A stretch of DNA of 64,000 nucleotides from Eledone cirrhosa (lineage: Eukaryota). A program made the translations under genes and the position numbers. The notes under the pieces were generated by a model. That model was not told the DNA's origin. It worked only from the letters and a program-made list of their open reading frames with translations, and ran no database searches. Shown one piece after another: positions 55,320-64,000 of this stretch (positions are counted from its first letter, which is position 1; each line of letters opens with the position of its first letter). The stretch is from contig OZ024745.1 of assembly GCA_964016885.1 (NCBI GenBank), positions 120,218,001 through 120,282,000 on the forward strand. Direction: 5' to 3'.

Positions 55320-56600
55320 CTGACTCAGTGTGTGTCTGTGTGTCTGTCTCTGCGTCTGTGCGTGTGTGTCTATATGCGTGTGTCTGTGTATATGTGTCAG
55401 TGTATATGTCTGTGTGGGTCCGTGTATGTGTGTGTGTATATGTTGTGGGTCCGTGTATGTGTGTGTCTATATGCGTGTGTCTGTGTATGTGTGTCAGTGT
55501 GTGTGTCTGTGTGTCTGTCTCTGCGTCTGTGCGTGTGTATCTATGTGCGTGTGGTCTGTGTATGTGTGTCAGTGTGTGTGTGTGTGTGTGTCTGTCTCTG
55601 CGTCTGTGCGTGTGTGTCTATGTTCGTGTGTCTGTGTATGTGTGTCAGTGTATTATGTCTGTGTGGGTCCGTGTATGTGTGTGTCTATATGCGTGTGTCT
55701 GTGTATGTGTGTCAGTGTATGTGTGTGTGTGTGTCTGTCTCTGCGTCTGTGCGTGTGTGTCTATGTTCGTTTGTGTCTGTGTATGTGTGTCAGTGTATGT
55801 GGTATGTGTGTCTGTCTCTGCCTTTGTGCGTGTGTGTCTATGTTCGCGTGTCTGTGTATGTGTGTCAGTGTATGTGTCTGTGTGTCTGTGTGTGCGTGTG
55901 TGTGTGGTCCGTATGTGTGTGTATCTATGTGCGTGTGTCTGTGTATGTGTGTGTCTGTGTATGTGTGTGTGTCTGTGTGTATGCGTCGTCAGTGTGTATG
56001 TGTGTGTGTGTCTATGTGTGTGACTGTGTGTGTCTGTGTGTGTGTGTATGTGTGGTGTGTGTCGGTGGTGGTGCTAATGCTGATGCTGACGGTGGTGGTG
56101 GTGGTGGTGGTGGCGGTGCTTATGCTGATGGTGGTGGTGGTGGTGTTGGTGCTAATGCTGATGCTGACGGTGGGTGGTGGTGGTGGTGGTGGTGGTAATG
56201 CTGACGGTGGTGGTGGTGGTGGTGGTGGTGGTGGTAATGCTGATGCCTGACGGTGGTGGTGGTGGTGGTGGTGGTGGTGGTAATGCTGATGCTGATGGTG
56301 GTGGTGGTGGTGGTGGTGGTGCTAATGCTGATGCTGATGGTGGTGTGGTGGTGGTGGTGGTGGTGGTGGTGGTGGTGGTGGTGGTGGTGGTGGTGCTAAT
56401 GCTGATGCTGATGGTGGTGGTGGTGGTGGTGGTGGTGGTGGTGGTGGTGGTGGTGGTGGTGGTGGTGGTGCTAATGCTGATGCTGACGGTGGTGGTGGTT
56501 GTGGTGGTGCTAATGGTGGTGGTGACGGTGGTGGTGGTGGTGGTGGTGGTGCTAATGCTGATGCTGACGGTGGTGGTGGTGGTGGTGGTGGTGGTGGTGT
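55320..56600. repeat. TG-rich cryptic repeat followed by a (GGT)n array with gctaatgctgatgctga units
   Basis: Directly visible. Confidence 0.88.
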
Positions 56601-56683
56601 GATTGTTTCATGTGTTTGTTTTAAATATATATATATATATGTCAAGTGTTTCAAGTTGATATATATATATATATATATATATA

Positions 56684-56744
<61 letters not shown>

Positions 56745-57002
56745 GGTAGTGACGGGGGTTATTGTTTGTATGAGAGGTTGTACAGGTGAGAAATAAGGTG
56801 ACAGAAGAAACATAAATACATATAAAAAGAAATAGATAATAATCCTCATTATTATCATCATCATGCTTAAGGTGAGAGGCCCTACCACCTCCGGAGGGGG
56901 GGGGGGGGGCTTGAGAGGGTCCAGGGAGTAGTGGGGGAACAGTAGAGACGATACAATAGTATATCAAATATCAAATCATACATATTATATATAAATATAG
57001 TA

Positions 57003-57192
57003 TGGCGGCGGATTGGCAGTATCGGTAGAGGATCGGACACCATGCTTTGCAGCATAGAGTTACGGCTCTTTACGGCCTGAGTTCAAATCCCGCCGAGGTT
57101 AACTTTGCCTTTCATCCTTACAGGGTCGATAAAATAAAGTACCAGTAATACACTGGGATAATTGCTGGCCTTATGCCAAAAGTAGAAGCAAT
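57003..57192 (+). mobile_element. SINE S1
   Basis: Matches S1. Confidence 0.85.
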
Positions 57193-57206
57193 TATTATTA
57201 CTATAC

Positions 57207-57239
<33 letters not shown>

Positions 57240-57248
57240 TGTATGTAT

Positions 57249-57378
57249 CGGAGTTAACCCAGTTTCCTGAGATGCCTTCTCCTAGAAGAATACCCTGACA
57301 TGGGCTAGGGGTTCTTCACTCCCAGTGGTTTAACTGCGCGATCGGGCATCCAGCCCGATTATTTCTATGTCCCCGCGC
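57249..57378 (-). mobile_element. Family A internal fragment
   Basis: Reverse complement of 1670-1800. Confidence 0.75.
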
Positions 57379-57517
57379 AAAAAAAAAAAAAAAAAAAAAA
57401 AATTACTTATTGACACTTATACGTACGACATACACACACACGCATACATATGCGTGCACACAGCAACACTCACACACACAACAAACACACACACACGCTA
57501 CTCTACTCACTTACACG

Positions 57518-57554
<37 letters not shown>

Positions 57555-57576
57555 TACCGTCATTACTGATACAAGA

Positions 57577-60225
57577 TACAACAAACTGTCCTTTTACCAT
57601 GCCTTGAAAGGTGTTTTAAGAAATATCCCCCAGGCAGACAAAGTCATCGTGCTTGGTGACTTTAATGCTAGAGTGGGTAGGGATTTTAACACATGGAATG
57701 TAATCGGAAGGCATGGGGTGGGAAAGTGTAACAGCAATGGTATGCTCTTGCTGCAGATGTGTGAGGAGCTGGATCTGTGTGTTACCAACACCATGTTCCA
57801 ACAAAAGAACAAATTCAAGACCACATGGATGCATCCTGCATCTAAGGAATGGCATCTTTTGGACTACGTCCTAGTCAGGATGCGTGACAGACAGGATGTG
57901 CGGTGTGTTCGTGTTCTTCGTGGAGCTGAGTGCTGGACGGACCACCGCCTGGTACGCGCAAAAGTGAATCTAATCACCAAACGTAAAATCCGGGCTCCTG
58001 GTGTTACCCTGCCCAAAAGATTGAATGCTGCTCGTCTTAAGGATAAAAATGTGAAGAGGACATTGGAAGAAGAGATGCAGGCTGCAGATCTTGGTGAGGA
58101 TTGGCCGACCCTTAAAAAGTCGGTTTATGATGTAGGCAGACGTGTTCTGGGATTGGTGCAGAGAAAACATCAGGACTGGTTTAATGAGAAAGATGTGCAT
58201 ATAGATGACTTGTTGGCTGATAAGAGGCGCGCTCTGTCACGCTACTTGACGGCAAGACCACAGGAGAGGAATACGTTGCATGAGGAGCTCAGGGATGTAA
58301 AATCACGTGTTAGGCGGAGTCTTTCTCAGATGAAGGATCAGTGGTGGAGTGAGAAGGCTGGTGAGATACAAACTGCGTCTGATTGCAATAACACAAAGCT
58401 GTTGTACAGTCTCTTGCGTGAGGTTTATGGACCGTCTTCTTCTCTGGTGACACCGATTCGCAGCAGGGATGGCAAAGAACTTCTTCGTGACTCACAGGGA
58501 ATTCTACGAAGGTGGCGGGAGCACTTTGATGATCTTTTGAATCAGCCGTCTGTCGTCAGTGAAGATTTCCTCAATCTCATTCCGGAAAGTCCTGTGAAAG
58601 TAGCTCTCGCAGAGCCTCCGACACTTGTGGAGGTTGCAGTGGCTATTTCGAAGCTGAACAGTGGAAGATCTCCAGGTATGGATGGCATACATGCTGAGCT
58701 CCTACAATATGGTGGTGAGAGACTCCTGCAACATCTTCACTCTCTGTTTGGAAGGATATGGGCTAATGAATCCGTGCCTGAGGACTGGAGAGATGCAGTA
58801 ATGGTGGTCTTGTACAAGGGAAAGGGTAACAGGAATGATTGTGGGAACTACAGAGGTATATCATTGCTTTCTGTCGTGGGGAAAGTTTTATGTAGGGTGC
58901 TTCTGGACCGTCTGCTGACACACATTGCAGATTGTGTCCTTCCTGAAAGTCAATCTGGTTTTCGTGTTGGACGCGGCACTACTGATATGATCTTCTCAGC
59001 TAGACAGCTCCAGGAGAAGTGCATTGAACAGGGCTTGGATCTGTATCAGGTTTTTGTCGATCTGACAAAGGCTTTCGATACTGTCAACAGAGATGCATTA
59101 TGGAAGGTTCTCCAGAAACTTGGTTGCCCTGATAAGTTCCTTGCTTTAGTTAGGTCTTTCCATGACGACATGAAGGCTTGGGTTAATGTCGGAGGTAACA
59201 TGTCGGAGCCTATCTCAGTAAAAAATGGAGTGAAACAGGGGGATATTCCAGCACCGACCCTGTTTGCCATATACTTTGCAATGGTTTTCTGTATTGCATT
59301 CAGGAATTGCGAGCATGGTGTTTACATCCGATATCGAACCTCAGGCAGCATATTTAACATCAGGCGCTTTGCTGCGAAGACAAAAGTATTTACATCAGTC
59401 ATAAGAGACCTCTTGTATGCAGATGATTGCGATCTTGTAGCGCACACAGAGAGTGATATGCAGCACATTTTGAATGTATTTTCTGACGCTTGCACTGCCC
59501 TGGGTTTGACTGTCAGTCTCAAGAAAACCGTCGTCATGTACCAACCTGCACCTGGTAGGCAGTACACTGAACCAAACATCTATGTGTATGGCAAACGACT
59601 TGGAGTGGTTGATCAGTTTGTCTACCTGGGAAGCACTGTCAATCGATACGGCAACCTTGACAGTGAGATCTCACTTAGGATTAGGAAAGCAAGTGATGCT
59701 TTCGGAAAGCTAGAAAGGCGACTCTGGGGTCGGCGAGACATATGCAGGAGGACAAAGGTAAGGGTGTACAGGGCATGTGTACTCTCTTGTCTTCTTTATG
59801 CCTGCGAGACCTGGGTCACATATCGACGCCACCTTAAGCAATTGGAGCGTTTCCATCAGATGTGTCTCAGACGGATACATGGCGTTCGCTGGAGGGACCA
59901 CATCAGTGATGTCGAGATTTTGGAAAGCTCTATGTGTGACAGTATAGAAGCTCTTGTGCTTAAGCAGCGACTCCGTTGGAGTGGTCACCTTGCCAGGATG
60001 AAGGATTCTAGAATACCAAAACAACTCTTCTGTGGAGAGTTGGTTAAAGGAAAACGACCGCCACATAAACCAAAAAAGAGGTATAAGGATTCCTTGAAGG
60101 CCTCTCTGAAAGACGCTAACATCTCTGCTGATACATGGGAAAATATTGCTGCTGATCGTAATAAATGGAGAAAGACTGTATATGAGGGAAAAGTTGCCTT
60201 TGAGGCATCGCACACGAGAAAGTAA
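57577..60225 (+). CDS. LINE ORF: partial AP endonuclease + reverse transcriptase (about 880 uninterrupted codons, no native start)
   Basis: LGDFNARVG, TWMHP, LDYVLV, TDHRLV (APE); NYRGISLL, QSGFR, FVDLTKAFD, GVKQG, YADD at 59416-59427, YLGS; LRWSGHLARM...RIPKQL. Confidence 0.92.
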   Translation, partial: YNKLSFYHALKGVLRNIPQADKVIVLGDFNARVGRDFNTWNVIGRHGVGKCNSNGMLLLQMCEELDLCVTNTMFQQKNKFKTTWMHPASKEWHLLDYVLVRMRDRQDVRCVRVLRGAECWTDHRLVRAKVNLITKRKIRAPGVTLPKRLNAARLKDKNVKRTLEEEMQAADLGEDWPTLKKSVYDVGRRVLGLVQRKHQDWFNEKDVHIDDLLADKRRALSRYLTARPQERNTLHEELRDVKSRVRRSLSQMKDQWWSEKAGEIQTASDCNNTKLLYSLLREVYGPSSSLVTPIRSRDGKELLRDSQGILRRWREHFDDLLNQPSVVSEDFLNLIPESPVKVALAEPPTLVEVAVAISKLNSGRSPGMDGIHAELLQYGGERLLQHLHSLFGRIWANESVPEDWRDAVMVVLYKGKGNRNDCGNYRGISLLSVVGKVLCRVLLDRLLTHIADCVLPESQSGFRVGRGTTDMIFSARQLQEKCIEQGLDLYQVFVDLTKAFDTVNRDALWKVLQKLGCPDKFLALVRSFHDDMKAWVNVGGNMSEPISVKNGVKQGDIPAPTLFAIYFAMVFCIAFRNCEHGVYIRYRTSGSIFNIRRFAAKTKVFTSVIRDLLYADDCDLVAHTESDMQHILNVFSDACTALGLTVSLKKTVVMYQPAPGRQYTEPNIYVYGKRLGVVDQFVYLGSTVNRYGNLDSEISLRIRKASDAFGKLERRLWGRRDICRRTKVRVYRACVLSCLLYACETWVTYRRHLKQLERFHQMCLRRIHGVRWRDHISDVEILESSMCDSIEALVLKQRLRWSGHLARMKDSRIPKQLFCGELVKGKRPPHKPKKRYKDSLKASLKDANISADTWENIAADRNKWRKTVYEGKVAFEASHTRK

Positions 60226-60590
60226 AGCGGGACGTGAGGAAGGGTATTGCTGTTGCACTTCCAGACGGCGAGGGTCCTCCTATGTTTCTGACATGCAGCG
60301 TCTGTGCGAGACTCTGCCTAAGCAAAGCTGGACTCGAAAGTCATCTTCGCAGTCATAAAGTAAGACCAGTGGTTGACTACCAGGCTGCTGTTGGAGATGC
60401 TACTCATCATGCTTGCCAAACATGTGGTAGAGAATGTAAATCAGCAGGAGGACTCAAGCGACATGCAAAAGTACACGAACTCCAACCACAGCCGACTATT
60501 CCCAGTAAATGTTTTGGTTGCCGACTCTGTGCAAGACATTTTGGATCATTGGCTGGGCTAAAAAGCCACATTCGATCGCAGCACTGTTAG
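60210..60590 (+). CDS. Frameshifted C-terminal segment of the LINE ORF with three C2H2 zinc fingers
   Basis: CSVC-x12-HLRSH, CQTC-x12-HAKVH, CRLC-x12-HIRSQH. Confidence 0.85.
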   Translation, partial: AHEKVKRDVRKGIAVALPDGEGPPMFLTCSVCARLCLSKAGLESHLRSHKVRPVVDYQAAVGDATHHACQTCGRECKSAGGLKRHAKVHELQPQPTIPSKCFGCRLCARHFGSLAGLKSHIRSQHC

Positions 60591-60598
60591 TTGCTATC

Positions 60599-60636
<38 letters not shown>

Positions 60637-60715
60637 GCTTATGTGCGTGCGTGTGTGTGTATGTATATATGAATATGTATATTATTATTGTTGTTGTCGT
60701 TATTATTATTATTGC

Positions 60716-60764
<49 letters not shown>

Positions 60765-60864
60765 TTTTTTTATTTTTTATTTTTTTTTTTTTTTATTGTG
60801 CAATGGCCATACTCGATAACGAGGGGGCAGCCATCATGTATGTATGTATGTATGTAACTATGCT

Positions 60865-60970
60865 TATCCCGTCGAGGTTAACTTTGCCTTTCATCCTTAT
60901 GGGGTCGATAAAATAAAGTACCAGTAATGTACTGAGATAATGCTGCCTTGTGCCAAAAGTAGAAACAATT
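60865..60970 (+). mobile_element. SINE S1 3' half
   Basis: Matches S1 body and tail. Confidence 0.8.
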
Positions 60971-61019
60971 ATGTATAAATATAGTAAAATTTAAAATATA
61001 TATTATAGTATTTATTATA

Positions 61020-61420
61020 CCGCATTTTCCGGCGTCAAAGACGCTACTTTTTTCCTAAAATAAGTCTCAAAAATCTACCCTGCGTCCTGGAGGCCGAAGG
61101 TTGTTTATTATTTTATGGATTGGCAGTATCGGTAGAGGGTCGGACGCCATGTTAGGGCGGTGAATTGGCAGTATCGGTAGAGGGTCGGACGCCATGCTTT
61201 CCAGCATAGTTACGTCCCTTTATGGTCTGAGTTCAAATCCCGCCGAGGTTGACTTTGCCTTTCATCCTTACGGGGTCGATAAAATAAAGTACCAGTAATG
61301 TACTGGGTAATTGCTGGCCTTGTGCCTAAAGTAGAAACAATTATTTAATTTTAAATTTTTGGTTGTCAAAATTAGGGTGCGTCCTGGAGGACGAAGCGAC
61401 TTCGGCGCCGGGAAATGCGG
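61020..61420. mobile_element. Tc1/pogo-type MITE with nested SINE S1 (61115-61342)
   Basis: TA flanks; TIRs ccgcattttccggcg / cgccgggaaatgcgg; internal duplicated tgcgtcctggagg. Confidence 0.78.
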
Positions 61421-61639
61421 TATATCAATTGACGATTTTATTTATATATTTTTTACAATTTGCGTGTAGGTAGGTCTCTTTGAAAATAGGGGTGGGGTTG
61501 CTTAGGGTATTACATGGCCATGAGGGGGTGATGGCTCAAAAAGGTTTGAGAACCTCAGCTTAAGGTAATGGTGCAGATAGTAACTGTCACGGTGATAGTA
61601 CCCTCCCACAAATGTATACCTTTAAAATAATTATTATCA

Positions 61640-62230
61640 TTAGAGGGTTGGACGCCATGCTTTGCAGCAAAGAGTTACGGCCCTTTATGGTCTGAGTTCA
61701 TATCCCGCCGAGGTTAACTTTGCCTTTCATCCTTACGGGGTCGATAAAATAAAATACCAGTAATACACTGGGATAATTGCTGGGCATGTGCCAAAAGTAG
61801 AAACAATTATCATTAGAGCCCGGTGGATTGGCAGTATCGGTGGAGCGCCGGACACCATGCTTCGCAGCATAGAGTTATGGTCCTTTACGGTTTGAGTTCG
61901 ATCTTGCCGAGGTTAACTTTGCCTTTCATCCTGATGGGGTCGATAAAATAAAGTACCAGTCATACACTGGGGTCGATTTAATCGACTTTCGCCTCCCCAA
62001 AATTGTACCTAAAGTAGAAACATTCATTAGTGTTTTATTACTAATAATTGTTGCTACTTTTGGCACAAGGCCAGCAATTACCCCAGTGTATTACTGGTGC
62101 TTTGTTTTATCGACCCCGTAAGTATGAAAGGCAAAGTTAACTTCGGAAAGATTTCAACTCTGAACGCAAAGGGCCATAACTCTATGTGCAAAGAATGGTG
62201 TCTAACACTGCCAATTCTGTCAATCCGCTG
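61640..62230. mobile_element. Cluster of three SINE S1 copies (two plus, one minus)
   Basis: 61640-61806 (+), 61820-62022 (+), 62048-62230 (-). Confidence 0.82.
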
Positions 62231-62789
62231 CGATTGTAATCGTGTTTTATTACTATTAATATAGCGTGTTTACACTAACCAGAAGAGATGTGACCAATTC
62301 AATGTTTAAAATAATGGAATCTAAAATATGTTTGGTCCGAATTTGTTCATCTATATTTGAGATCGGCAATAAAATAATTTTTATGATCTTTAACTGTTAT
62401 GTGTGTTTCCTGTTATGCCATACATTTATCGTCTATTTCTAAGGTGGTAGTTTCAGGTATAGAATGGTATTGCATCTGATATCAATAGTTGAGTAATATA
62501 GATAATAAACACCATTGTCAAATTATGCAATTCTTCACAATAGACATTTGTTCGTCTGTAATCAAAACCCTTTTCCAGAACGCTTTAAAATTCTGTGTAA
62601 GATTGTCACAATTAGGGATTAGGATAATAAGACTATTGTGCATGTTAGGAAATCTTTACTATTGTAAGCTAATTGTTTGGGTGAATTAGACGTTGAGATG
62701 AAATATTGTTTCATGCAGTTATGAGTTCATACAGTTAATAGGCTTGTACAGATTAGACTTACTTCCGAATAGATCTTGTAATGATGAAC

Positions 62790-63030
62790 TATCCATTTTG
62801 CATATTATAAAGGACAATAAAATAAATGCTATAATAAATATTTTCATTAAGATATTCAAAGGGTTAGATTTAAAGATCACGGCTGATACGTATTTAACCT
62901 TAGTTTCCGAGATAAAATTTGAGATTTAGGCTATCATTATCATAAACCCCAAAACAAACGTCTATATATGAATTCCTATCATGTTTCTAATTAATAATCT
63001 AGAGAGGCCTTATCCTCTAGTGAAGAATCA
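62790..63030 (+). pseudogene. Possible highly decayed Penelope-like RT fragment
   Basis: IKIFKGLDLKITADT...YHKPQNKRLYMN...LSSSEE resembles IF...GL.ITI..N, Y.KPN..P.YIN and LSS.E. Confidence 0.35.
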
Positions 63031-63054
63031 ACAGTAAAGGTCATTATTATGGAT

Positions 63055-63427
63055 AAGCAGTATCGGCAGAGGGACGGACGCCATGCTTTGCAGCATAGAG
63101 TTACAGCCCTTTACGGTCTGAGTTCAAATCCCGCCGAGGTCAACTTTGCCTTTCATCCTTACGGGGTCGATAAAATAAAGTACCAGTAATGTACTGGATT
63201 AATTGCTGGGCTTGTGCCAAAAGTAGAAACAATTATTACAATGGCACAATGTTGGATGGATTAACAGTAACTCTATTCCTTGCAGCATAGAGTTATGACC
63301 CTTTATGTTATGAGTTCAAAGCCCGCCGAGGTTGGCTTTGCCTTTTATCCTTACGGGATCGATAAAATAAAGTACCAGTAATGCACTGGGATAATTGCTG
63401 GCCTTGTGCCAAAAGTGGAAACAATTA
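63055..63427 (+). mobile_element. Two SINE S1 copies
   Basis: 63055-63235 and 63280-63427. Confidence 0.82.
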
Positions 63428-63662
63428 TTACAATGGCGACAATAAGCGACAATGGCATCAAACATAAAATCTATCACAAACACATATAATATTCTGAAAC
63501 GCAAAGGTAGGAAACAAAATAATATACAATAATAGACCACCTCTGACCCCTTGTGTCACGTTCACTTCAAAATATTTTTTTAAATCATTTTCACAAAAAA
63601 TAATTTTTAAATAATTAAAATATACACAAACATTTATATAATGTGAAATGAAACTGGAAGGC

Positions 63663-63740
<78 letters not shown>

Positions 63741-64000
63741 GTGTGTACACATATATATATAAATGTATGTGTGTATATACATATACATATATATCGCAAT
63801 GTTCAATTTGTCAAGGTATTTAAACGTATGTTATTACTGTAAGTACTTATTGAGTGCTTTGCTAGTCAGCTAATTTACAGTTAAAACTAAAAATCCCAGC
63901 AGAGGGCACAAATAAATTGCTACGGTTGTCGCTTGTGGGGCTCCTTTGTGGGAGGGAATATTGTACTCTTAGTCGTTTAATGCCATGGAAACCGGGAAGA

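Larger units (their letters stand above)
57575..60856 (+). mobile_element. RTE-clade LINE, 5' truncated within the APE domain, with 3'UTR and (ATGT)n tail
   Basis: APE and RT motifs, RTE-type C-terminus, zinc fingers, terminal stem-loop and microsatellite tail. Confidence 0.93.

Noticed and set aside
57367-57576. N-terminus MSPRKKKK... of the 952-aa ORF (NLS-like)
   Set aside because: Chance read-through of a family A fragment, poly(A) and microsatellite upstream of the truncated LINE
60234-60590. Independent host C2H2 transcription factor gene
   Set aside because: It lies between the RT ORF and the LINE tail, lacks TGEKP linkers, and a homologous finger is present in family B

Overview
Eukaryotic, AT-rich, repeat-saturated DNA with no prokaryotic features and no securely identifiable host gene. 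The repeat families resemble, from memory, those of octopod cephalopods (inference). Most supplied ORFs are translations of microsatellites. Real content: (1) a 5'-truncated but otherwise nearly intact RTE-clade LINE (57.6-60.9 kb) with three C-terminal C2H2 zinc fingers shifted out of frame; (2) two short non-autonomous bipartite RTE derivatives (families A and B, about 9 copies) that share the LINE 3' stem-loop plus (ATGT)n tail, with family B retaining a zinc-finger remnant; (3) Penelope-like (GIY-YIG) remnants and roughly 15-20 minimal type I hammerhead ribozyme motifs of several families, many in fold-back inverted repeats or tandem pairs; (4) fragments of restriction-like-endonuclease LINEs (CRE-like, R4/Dong-like); (5) about 20 copies of a tRNA-headed SINE, one of which seeded a 37 x 60-bp minisatellite; (6) hAT and Tc1/pogo-type MITEs. 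All calls were made by eye, and boundaries of degenerate elements are approximate.
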